Origin: Squalus acanthias
Lineage: Eukaryota
Assembly: GCA_030390025.1 (NCBI GenBank)
Contig: CM059432.1
Span: forward strand, 145,950,001 to 146,014,000
Direction: 5' to 3'
DNA: 64,000 nucleotides
The notes under the pieces are model-generated. The model was not told where the DNA came from and did no database searches. It saw nothing but the letters and a program-made list of their open reading frames with translations. Position numbers and translations under genes: made by a program. Shown here piece after piece: positions 47,410 through 57,824 of the stretch (position 1 is the first letter of the stretch; each line of letters starts with the position of its first letter).

Positions 47410-48665
47410 AAAAAGAAAGGCTTGCATTTATGTAGCGCCTTTCACGACCACCAAACGTCCCAAAGTGCTTTACAGCCAATGAAGTACTATCTGAAAGGGT
47501 GGTGGAATCAGATTCCATAGGAACTTTCGAAAGGCAATTGGACATGTACTTGAAGAGGACTAATTTGCAGGGTTATGGAGTAAAAGCTGGGGTTTGGGAC
47601 TAAATTGGACAGTTCTTTCAAAGAGCCGGCACAGGCACGACAGGCCGAATGGCCTCCTTCTGTGCTGTATGATTCTATGATTCTATCCCTTGATACCCTT
47701 ACCGAATAAAAATCTGTCGCTCTCAGTCTTGAAAATTTCAATTCATCCAGCCTCCGTAGGCTTTTGTGAAAAGGTGCTTGTTGACTTCACTCCTAAATGG
47801 CCTAGCTTTAATTTTAAAATCATGCCTCCTTCTTCTGGATTTCTCCACCAGAGGAAATAGTTTCTCTCCAGCTACCCTATCGAATCCTTTCATAATTTAG
47901 AGCACCCCTCAACCTTCTAAACTCAAGGGAATGTAAGCCACGTTTATGCAACCTGTCCTCATAATTCAACTCTTTAAGCCCTGGTATAATTCTGATGATG
48001 TGGAGATGTCCAGTGTTGGACTGGGGTGGACAAATGTGAGAAGTCGCACAACACCAGGTTATAGTCCAACAGCTTTATTTGAAATCAGAAGCTTTCGGAG
48101 CGCTGACGGAGTCACCTGACGAAGGAGCAGCGCTCCGAAAGCTTGTGATTTCAAATAAAACTGTTGGACTATAATTCTGATGAATCAGCACCGTAGCCTC
48201 TCCAAGGTAAATATCTTCCTCCAGAGGTGCGGTGTCCAAATCTCAAAGCAGTACTCCAGATCGGGTCTGACCAAGGCTCCGTACAACTGGAGTGTAGCTT
48301 CCTCCTTTTGTATTCCAGCCCTCTTGAGATAAAGGCCAACATTCCATTAGCCATTTGATTACCTTTTGTACCAGTCCACTAGCTTTTAGCGATTTTTGTA
48401 CCAGGACACCCAAATCCCTTGGCTCATTCACAGTTCCTAATCTCTAGCTATTAAGAAAATATTCGGATTTGTCTTTCTTGGATCCAAAGTGGATGACCTC
48501 ACACTTCCTTACATTGAACTCCTTCTATCACAGTTTTGCCCCACTCACTTAATCTATCAATGTCCCTTTGTAATTTTCTGCTCCTATCTACACAACTTAC
48601 TCTGCCTCCTAACTAAGTGTCATCTGCAAACTTAGACGTCCAACTTTCTATTCTTTCATCCAAAG
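47410..48665. mobile_element. SINE tail (47410-47488), CR1 3' end (+, 47490-47685) and CR1 fragment (-, 47685-48665)
   Basis: ANGMLAFISRGLEYK remnant; CR1 tails. Confidence 0.75.
47997..48169. mobile_element. Penelope end with inverted duplication and hammerhead (+, 48112-48148)
   Basis: Duplication TATAATTCTGATGA; hammerhead identical to 3903-3939. Confidence 0.8.
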
Positions 48666-49068
48666 GGTGTTCAATAGTAGCAGGAATTGACTTACACTCT
48701 CATTTCCCCCCACCCCCGTCCACCCTCTCAGAATATGCCTTATCTCTGCTCTACATTTACAGTAGGTCGGAGACGCTGCATTGACAATTAAAGCATTCAA
48801 GGGTAAAATATGGCAAACTCCTAATTCTGTAAGGAGAGCAGGAGCTATAATATCACGTTAGGAGAGATATAACAATATTTTGACTATTACCTACATTGTG
48901 CAGACCTATAACTTACCTGTACCTACCAAGAAACTAAGCAGGCAGGCTCAATGGCCATCCCCAAATCACATGGATAGACCTTCTTAATTTTAGCTCCCTG
49001 ATAAGGTTCAACCACCTTGAATCACAGTGTGAAGCACTAATTTAGCGCTAAAACATTCAGACAATTAC

Positions 49069-49231
49069 CTCGTCCTGCTGTGCTTTTGTAGCAGGGCTGC
49101 TGAGTCCAAAGAAGTACTTTCGATTCAGATATTTGCTCTTGATCTCTTTGGACTTCTTAACTCTATTCACCTTTTCATTGTGGGGTATTCTTCTAAAGTG
49201 TTCAATGTCCAACCAACATTTGAGATCCATG
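49069..49231 (-). CDS. RGS22: RGS22 coding exon: MDLKCWLDIEHFRRIPHNEKVNRVKKSKEIKSKYLNRKYFFGLSSPATKAQQDE
   Basis: Acceptor ttgtag|C, donor GAG|gtaatt, 163 nt, phase 2/0 matches the previous exon; strong resemblance to RGS22 MDL.CW.DIE.FRRI...KYLN.KYFFG..SPA. Confidence 0.93.
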
Positions 49232-49369
49232 CTACAAGAAAAGAGAGACAAATGTCCATGTAACAGCAATACTGCATTATTACAAACTATTATCAAACCA
49301 GCAGTGTTATTAATGCATCCAATTAAATTAAACCGAGTGCCAATTAGTCCTGCAGTTATAAACATATTA

Positions 49370-50125
49370 ACATAAGAACATAAGAACGTAAGACGTAGGA
49401 GCAGGAGTCAGTCAGTTGGCCCCTCGAGCCTGCTCCGCCATTCAATAAGATCATGGCTGATCTGATCTTGGCCTCAACTCCACTTCCCTACCCACTCCCC
49501 ATAACCCTTGACTCCCTTACCTTTCAAAAATCTATCTATCTCCACCTTAAATATATTCAATGACCCAGCCTCCACAGCTCTCTGGGGAAGAGAATTCCAA
49601 AGATTCACGACCCTCTGAGAGAAGAAATTCCTCCTCATTTCCGATTTAAATGGGTGCCCCCTTATTCTGAAATTATGCCCCCTAGTTCTAGATTCCCCCA
49701 CGAGGGGAAACATCCTCTCTGCATCTACCCTGTCAAGATCCTTCAGAATCTTATATGTTTCAATAAGATCCCCTCTCATTCTTCTAAACTCCAATGAGTA
49801 TAGACCCAACCTGCTCAACTTTTCTTCATAAGACAACCCCTTCATCTCTGGAATCAACCTCGTGAACCTTCTCTGAACTGCCTCCAATGCAAGTATATCC
49901 TTCCTTAAATAAGGAGACCATAACTGTACGCAGTACTCCAGGTGTGGTCTCACCAATGCCCTGTACAGTTGTAACAGGACTTCCCTACTTTTATACTCCA
50001 TTCCCTTTGCAATAAAGGCCAACACTCCATTTGCCTTCCTAATTACTTGCTGTACCTGCATGCTAACTTTTTTGTGATTCATGTACAAGGACCCCCAGAT
50101 CCCTCTGTACCTCAGCATTTTGTAA
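49370..50125 (-). mobile_element. CR1 3' end
   Basis: About 200 aa of open RT C-terminus; (CATAAGAA)n tail. Confidence 0.92.
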
Positions 50126-52409
50126 TCTTGAAACAGTAACATTTTGTAAATTCCTATTGTACTGGTATCATAATAACAGAAAAGTCCTTTACAAACAGAA
50201 GAACAATAGGTTTTCAAAACAATGCATGTTACATCGAGTCTACAGCGCAGAAACAGGCCATTTGGCCCAAATGATCTATGCCGGCTCCACACGAGCCTTC
50301 TCCCGTCTTTATCTAACCCTGTCAGTATATCCTTCTACTCCTTTCTCCCTCATGTGCTTATCTAGATTGAGTTACAGTGGCCGTGAAATTGGGCCTGTTT
50401 GGATGAAAAAATGGCGGCCACCTTGCTTCTGCCCACTTCCGGCAGGTCCCGCGGCGTCCGCCATTTTGGGCAGGTCGGCAGCGCAGCCGTTGCCGGCACG
50501 CACTGCAGATATGGAAATGAGGCTGATCGTGACGTCAATGAGTGCGCACGACCTGCCATTTTGGACGCTGCCACTCCTTTTAACGCCCTCTCCAAATCAC
50601 AACCAGCTGAACATGCTTTCAGCAGTGGGAAAAACCCCAGCGCTATTTAAAGGGATCATCAACAACTTGCAGCTGACTTGCTTTTTCAGTTCTACTGGCT
50701 CTGTGAGAGTTTGTGCAACTGTTTGGAGCTTTCTACAGTTACTTAAAGTTGGTGAGGTTGACAGGGAGCGTTGCTGCAAGGGGAGAAGGCCTTCTCATTT
50801 AAAGGGTTCTGCTCACACCACTTACTCACAGTCATGGGGGCTCTACTTGCAATCCTCTTGCGCTCAAGTATGACAGGGAGATGGAGCGGAGGCAGCGAAG
50901 AAGAGGACAAGATGCTCGCAGAGGGAGGAGGAGGAGCATGAGGGCTCTCAGCAGGGGGCCTTACCCACCTAGGGTCTTCCGAGAGCACTTCTCCGACCTG
51001 CACTTAAGCCAGAAGCAGTGTATTAGGAGGCTCCGCTTCACCAAGGAGGTGGTCACAGAACTCTGACACTTCCTGCAACAAGCCCTGCAGCCTCAGAGCA
51101 GGGTGATGATGGTGCTGCCAGTGGCCCTCAAGGTCACCGTGGCCCTCAATTTTCTTCGCCACCAGATCCTTCCAGTCTGGAGCAGGAGACATAGCAAACA
51201 TCTCCCAGTTCAGCTTCCATCGCTGCATCCGGGAGTCCACAGAGGCTCTGGACTCCAGGAGAAGGGACTTCATTGTCTTCTCTCTGAACAGAGAGAAGCA
51301 GGAGAAGCGTGCACATGGCTTTGCCAGGCTTCCCCATGGTGCAGGGCACCATCGACTGCACACATGTGGCTTTGCGGGCGCCGCATACAAAAACCTGAGG
51401 CGTTCCGTAACCGCAAAGGCGACCACACTCTTAATGTGCAGTTGGTGTGTGACCGTGCCCAGCGCATCATGATGGTGAATGCCCGGTATCCTGGCAGCAT
51501 TCATGATGCCTTCATCCTGCGCCAGTCCGGTGTGCCAGCAATCTTCCAGCCACCATGTCAAACCCGAGGGTGGCTGCTTGGAGACAAGGGCTAGCTACTC
51601 TGCACCAGGCTGATGACTCTCCTCCACAACCCCACCACTCGTGGCCAGCAATCATATAATGCGAGCCATGCTGCCACCAGGAACCTCATCGAGCAGACCA
51701 TCGGGGCACTCAAGCAATGGTTCCGCTGCTTTGGCCGCTCGAGAGGAGCCCTCCAGTACTCGCCGGAGCGGGTGTTCCATTTCATGGTGGTCTGCTGCAG
51801 CTGCACAACTTGGCCATCATTGGCGGGGTGGGTGGGGGGGGAACCCCTTGCTACCACAGAATCCGGAACCACCTCAGGAGGAGGAGGAGGAGGAGGAGGA
51901 GGAGGAAGAGGAGGAGGCAGGCGGCAGATCCCCATTCCGGACGGGCTGTCCGTGAGCGTCTCATCAGACACTGGTTCCAATGAATGAAACCCCAAATCCC
52001 CGTTGCTCACCACTTCTCCATCATACCACCCCTTTGTCACGGAACATCACAACATTCGCCTGGGCACAAAGCTGAAATGAGAGCCACCACAAAACAAACA
52101 TTCCAAACATCATTTATAAATTTATCAAATCCAAATCAAAACAAGAACATCAACTAATCACCCTTCTGCACCTATAGACTAGAATAATACTGTATAAACA
52201 GTCTACCTCATTATATGAGCATGCATTAGAAGAATAAACTAAAAGTGGTGGATATATTGGACATCCTGGAGAGAAGTATGTTGGACATCTTGGGGAGTTA
52301 AGGGTTAACAGTCAAACTTCTTTGTATCTTAAAGCAACAGGCTTTCCTAGATATAAACAGGATGACTCTGAAGTGTCGTAAAAAGAATGCATTGCTTGTT
52401 TTCTGAGAT

Positions 52410-52722
52410 CACAGAATCCCAGAATCCCTACAGTGCAGATAGAGGCCATTTCGGCCCATCGAGCCTGCACCGACACATATCCCACCCTATCCCCGTATCC
52501 CCACATATTTAATCCCCCTAACACTAAGGGTCAATTTTATCATAGCCAAATCAACCTAACCCGCACATCTTTGGACTGTGGGAGGAAACCGGAGCACCCG
52601 GAGGAAACCCATGCAGACACAGGGAGAATGTACAAACTCCACACCGACAGTCACCTGAGGCTGGATTCGAACCCGGGTCCCTGGCGCTGTGAGGCAACAG
52701 TGCTAACCACTATGCCACCGTG
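52410..52722 (-). mobile_element. tRNA-derived SINE (HE1-like, CR1-type tail)
   Basis: A box GGCATAGTGG and B box GGTTCGAATCC on the minus strand; CR1-like 3' end. Confidence 0.82.
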
Positions 52723-52923
52723 TGTCAGGGAGTGAGTGTTAGTAATGATGTCAGCCATGAGTGGTTTTGTTTTAAGGTAATAAACATGGGTAGCAGGGAT
52801 CCATTAGCTACAGATAGCAGTTGGTGTAGCTTTTACTTCAAAGATGCTAGCAAATGTTACGTCAGGAAGTCTCGTGTAGGGGAAGTGAGGTAAACAATTG
52901 CAAACTGTTTACATGAATAGTTT

Positions 52924-53614
52924 GGGGGAGAAATTCAGTATCGCCCCGTTTGGGGGTGGTAACTTTTGAAAGCTGGGAAACTTAGTGCCAGGCGCTAATG
53001 ATTCCCAGCTTTAAAAAAATTGGGTTTTCGCACTCCAGGAAGGAAGTGGCGCGCTAATTCAAGCATGCCACTTCCTTCCTGGAGCGCAACAGGCAGCAGG
53101 CTGGGCGGTCGGTGAGCAGCGCTGCACACTGGGCCGTGCAGCACTGCCGCGTAGGAAGGCTCCTTCCCTCCCTTAAAGGGAAGGGCCATCACTGCAGGCT
53201 GTGCAAGGAAAAAACTTACCTGGTCCCCGACGGCAGCCGTGATCCGGCCCGATCAGCCCGATGCACTGCAGCAGAGTGCCGGGCCGATCGATCACTGGCG
53301 AAGACAAAGGAAAATAAGAGAAATATCATTTCAGAAAGGCCATCTCGCCTTTAAGTATCGCCCCCGAAGCGCCCGGCCTCCTGATGAACGCCTCCTGTAG
53401 CTGCCGGTGTTTTCGCCCGGCGATGCTGCAGGGGGCAGAACTGAAGTTCGGGTCCGGGGCACTACTGGGGCGCTGCGCAGGAGATCGTAGCGCTAGGTGT
53501 TACCGCCACTGCAAACCGGCAGGTGAATTTTGCGGGCGGTGGTAACACCTAACGCCCCATTATCATCCCCTGGAGGCGATAGCAGGAGGCGCTAAGGAGG
53601 CCAATTTCTAGCCC
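52924..53614. mobile_element. Harbinger-type MITE
   Basis: Left end matches 39264 (GGGGGAGAAATTCAGTATCGCCCC); right end AATTTCTAGCCC. Confidence 0.78.
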
Positions 53615-53695
53615 GCTATTTTCAAAGGATTTGGTTGAATAGATACAGCATACAGGCTTATCTATGACATTTTCCTTTGATGTAGTCAAAATATG

Positions 53696-54385
53696 GGGGG
53701 TGAAATTGGGTGCCTGGGGGGTGCTAACGGGGCATAAATGGCTTTGTGACCGGGCGTGGCGCTTACATCAACTCCCGCCATATTTGGCGGGAGTTTTGTG
53801 GCCGCACTACAACGTTGCACCCTGATCTCCTTCGCCCGGAGATCGTGACATCATTGCCTTGCGCAACACCAGTCGAAAACACCGACAGCTGCAGGAGGCG
53901 TGCATCGGGCGGCCGGCCGCTTCTGGGGGCGATGATCAAAGACAAGGCGGCCGAGGTAAGTAAAAAAACAACTTACCTTTCCTGTTCTAGTTTTTTTCGC
54001 GGGTTCCTGCCCGCGATCGATCAGCCTGGCGCTCTGCTTGAGTGCCGGGCTGATCGCGCGGGATCGCGGCTGCCTTGGTGGTCCAGGTCGGTACTTGTTA
54101 AATTGCAGAGGCTGCAGCGACGGCCCTTCCCTTTAAGGCAGGGAAGGAGCCTTTGAACGCGGCGGCGCTGCACGGCCCAGTGTGCAGCGCTGCTGAAGTC
54201 TCCGCCCCGCTCTCCGACGTTAGCCCCCGAAGAAGGAAGTGGAGCGCTTGATTTAGTGCTCCACTTCCCTCTTGGGGCGCTAAAACTCAATTTCGCGGTC
54301 GACGGTGCTAATTATCGCAAGGCGCTAAGGTTAGCGCCCAGGTGATGTTAGCGCCCCAAAATGGTCGATACCGAATTTTTACCCC
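53696..54385. mobile_element. Harbinger-type MITE (related to 52924-53614, opposite orientation)
   Basis: TIRs GGGGGTGAAATT/AATTTTTACCCC; ATG TSD. Confidence 0.78.
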
Positions 54386-55474
54386 ATGGTATATATAGGA
54401 GCATGGTTTTCAACAGTTTGTCAGAGGGCTCGAAAGATAGAACTTGTAACCGAAAAGCCACTCACTGTATACAGTTAAAGCCCGATCACCTTTTAACGTG
54501 TATCAATAAAGTCTGTTCCGTATACTCCACTACAAAATCTTGTGCTTACTCGAAATGTATTGTTGTGAACCAGAGGAGAAAGGAGGTTGACTGCTCACAA
54601 CTTTCAGTGGGGGAGACTGCAGATGGCCTTGCAGGATGACCTCGAGCAGCTCTGGGCCCAGAAGGCCCGGCTTAAGACTGCACCACCTCGGCATGGGCGG
54701 CAGCAGTCTGGGCTGGCTGGCTGACAGGCAGCAGCAAGGGCAATGGTGGAGTGGCAGTAGTAGGAATGCTGTCGTCCTGAGAGAGGACAGCAGGTTCTTG
54801 CTCCACGGAGTCACTGTAACTCCCCCGGGGCGGTGCCTCAGCATTCCTAGCCATCTGTTGGAGGACAGATTGCTGGACTGCTGTCATACCCTGCAAGCCC
54901 CTTTCCACACTCATAAACCCAGCCACGATGACAGCAGTTTGAGCTTCCATTGCAGCACTGAGACGTTGGGTCGCTTCCGCCTGTGCTGCAACGGAAGCTG
55001 CGACATCGCCCATCACACCCAGCACCATGGTTGGGTCCACAAGGTCTCTCCCGGAGTTGTCCATTATTTCCATCCTGAAAATCACGATCTCCAAGCTCCG
55101 CGAAAAGCCCTGTGCAATGTTGGAGCCGGACTCCTCCATGCTCCTTGACACTGACAAGAGGCTCTTCGGCAGGCTTGCCATTGCATCTAGCATTTCCGTG
55201 TGCTTGCCCATCACCCTTCTTCTGAAGGCTGCTACATCGAGGTCATCATCTGAGTCCAGTGGAGCAGAACTCGTGCGCGAACTTGCCCTTCGGGGAGTTG
55301 GCACCAGAGCTACCCTTTCCCCTGGCCTGGCTGCAGCCCACTTGTGCCCGGTGATTCACCACGTGCAGATCCCGCCTCTATACTACCCTCTAAAGTCCGT
55401 GCAGTGCCTTTTTCTGAGCTGTTGCCTGCGAGTGTCAGATGCAGTGACGGTGCCTCTTCTTCTTCTTCTTCTGT

Positions 55475-56232
55475 AGCGGGTACTGTAGCATAGTGGTTAT
55501 GTTACTGGACTAGTAATCAAGAGGTCTGGACTAATTATCCAGAAACATGAGTTCAAATCCCACCACGGCATCTGGGGAATTTAACTGTGATGGAATTTAA
55601 GTGTGATGGAATACTCTCCACTTGCCTGGATGAGTGCAGCTCCAACAACACTCAAGAAGCTTGACACCATCCAGGACAAAGCAGCCCAACCACCACCTTA
55701 AACATTAACTCCCTCCACCACCAGCGCACCATGGCTGCGGTGTGTACCATCTACAGGATGCAGTGCAGCAACTCGCCAAGGCTTCTTCGGCAGCACCTCC
55801 CAAACCCGCGACCTCTTCCACCTAGAAGGACAAGGGCAGCAGGCGCATGGGAACACCATCACCTCCAAGTTCCCCTCCAAGTCACACACCATCCTGACTT
55901 AGAAGTATATTGCCGATCCTTCATCGTTGCTGGGTCAAAATCCTGGAACTCCCTCCCTAACAGCATTGTGGGAGTACCATCACCACACGGACTGCAGCGG
56001 TTCAAGAAGGTGGCTCACCACCACCTTCTCAAGAACAATTAGGGATGGGCAATAAATGCTGGCCTTGCCAGCGACGGCCACATCCCATAAACGAATAAAA
56101 AAACTTCAGTTAATTAAATAAATCTGGAATAAAAAGCTAGTATCAGTAATGGTGACCATGAAACTATCAGATTGTCGTAAAAACCCATCTGGTTCACTAA
56201 TGTTGTTTAGGGAAGGAAATCTGCCATCCTTG
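55475..56232 (+). mobile_element. tRNA-derived SINE with nested LINE 3' end (55600-56104)
   Basis: A box TAGCATAGTGG and B box GAGTTCAAATCC. Confidence 0.75.
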
Positions 56233-57370
56233 TTAGAAATTGTTGGTAGGTGAGTGATGGGGGTGTGGTGCATTGAGCAGTGTGTGAGGCTAGTGGTGCA
56301 GATGGTGGGATATGGCATTTGAAGCTGCATTCACTCACCTTGACCACTCGTGTGTGGTCACTCAACTTCTTGCGGCACTGGATCCATGTCCTGGGGACAA
56401 CACTCATCGCACTGACAGCTTCAGCTATCTCCTCCCACAGCCTTCTGCTATTCTGCCTGGAAGGCCTTCTGCGCCCCCCCCTCCCCCCCCGCCGTGCGTA
56501 GAGGACCTGACGGCGTCTTTGAACCCCCAGAAACCAAGGCCACCCCTGCCGCATTGGAAAATCTCCTCGCCCTCTCTCTTGGCTGTTGGGCCATGGCTTT
56601 CTCCACACTGTCGATGAGGCGCTTCTGCAACAAGGCACCTCCCTTTTAAGTAGTGCAGAGAGCCTAGGACAAACTTTATTGGCCAGTAGACCGCACCTGA
56701 TATTGGCCCCCTTCGTTCAGCGCTAAGCCAATCAGCAGCGTGTTTAGCTGCAATCATTATAATGGGCTGACAGCGCGAATTTTGCGCACTGCCTGCACCA
56801 TTTTGAAAGGGGGGGGGGGGCACTTCTCGCCTTGCGCTACCCCCGCTTGTTTCAGGCCTTATCCAATTTCTAGGCCATCGAGTCTACAGCACAGAAATAA
56901 ATGGCCTTTACGGTGATCAAACCCATTATTAGCACCACGCTCTGACCAACTGAGGTAACTGGCTCTTCACGTTGAAATGCACTATTGCATCTGAAAACAC
57001 TTATGCGTCGCTTTTCCGTAAAGTCAATGTGACAAGCTGCTATGATCCCCCTTTAAAAAAAGATAAATGTTTTTTCTAAGTGGTGTGTGTTGGACTGCCT
57101 CTCAGTGGCTGCATGATGTGCCAATGATGATAATATGCATTAGGGTGAGCAGAAGGGGTAGTGTGGGGGATGGTCTGATGCACAGACGTGACACATTAAT
57201 GCTCCCAAATTAGCTAAAATAATGATTCTGTGCGCAAATGCTGGCTCTATTCCCAGCATAGGTTTGAAAAGTCTGTAAGGGAAACTCGACCATTGTACAG
57301 TTTTCTCCCGTAGTGTCTCTTACAGTGAGTTTCACTGTACTTTATTACAGAAGGATTCATAGGCACTTAC

Positions 57371-57546
57371 CCTGCAAAATGGTCTCTCAGGAATTCCTGG
57401 AAATTCTCAAGTTCTAAGCGATTGCGAATAAGTGTACTCAATGTGTAATTACGGAATTCTTCAGGAACCTTCTGCCAGTAGGTTGAGTCTTTGGGATCCT
57501 CTGGAATTTGTACTCGGCTGGTTGAACGGTCAGGAAGAGGAAAATC
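57371..57546 (-). CDS. RGS22: RGS22 coding exon: DFPLPDRSTSRVQIPEDPKDSTYWQKVPEEFRNYTLSTLIRNRLELENFQEFLRDHFA(G)
   Basis: Acceptor cttag|GAT, donor GG|gtaagt, 176 nt, phase 0/2; start of an RGS domain. Confidence 0.88.
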
Positions 57547-57824
57547 CTAAGAAAAGTGATATCACAATTAAACTGGCAGGTACCTCTTCAGTAACTGCAG
57601 GTAGTGATAGTATTGCAATTTTCCCCGCATGCCTACAACATATCAACAACTTGTCACTGTGAATCTGATTTTCCACCATTTTTTGTATCCTTGTTTCAAT
57701 CATGTATTTACCTTTACATAAAGCCTGATTCTACAGTCTACACTCCCATCTAGCGAGGCTCTGCGCCAACCTCACTGAACATGCCTTTAAACATGCTCAA
57801 CACTACTAACCTCTCATGGTTCTT

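Larger units (their letters stand above)
52173..54599 (+). mobile_element. Possible LTR-like insert, interrupted by a SINE and two MITEs
   Basis: Non-Harbinger sequence inside the Harbinger; TATATATA near 54390 followed by AATAAA near 54505; no TSD found. Confidence 0.35.
50379..56876. mobile_element. Harbinger with both TIRs (transposase + about 50834-51983; Myb gene - about 54600-56594) and nested inserts
   Basis: TIRs GGCCGTGAAATTGG/CCAATTTCTAGGCC; flanks rejoin to GAGTTAC-ATC-GAGTCTACAGC, as seen uninterrupted near 50228. Confidence 0.85.

Noticed and set aside
52640..52722. tRNA gene (also at about 21700-21770 and 55480-55565)
   Set aside because: The A and B boxes continue into SINE bodies and LINE-like tails, so these are SINE heads.
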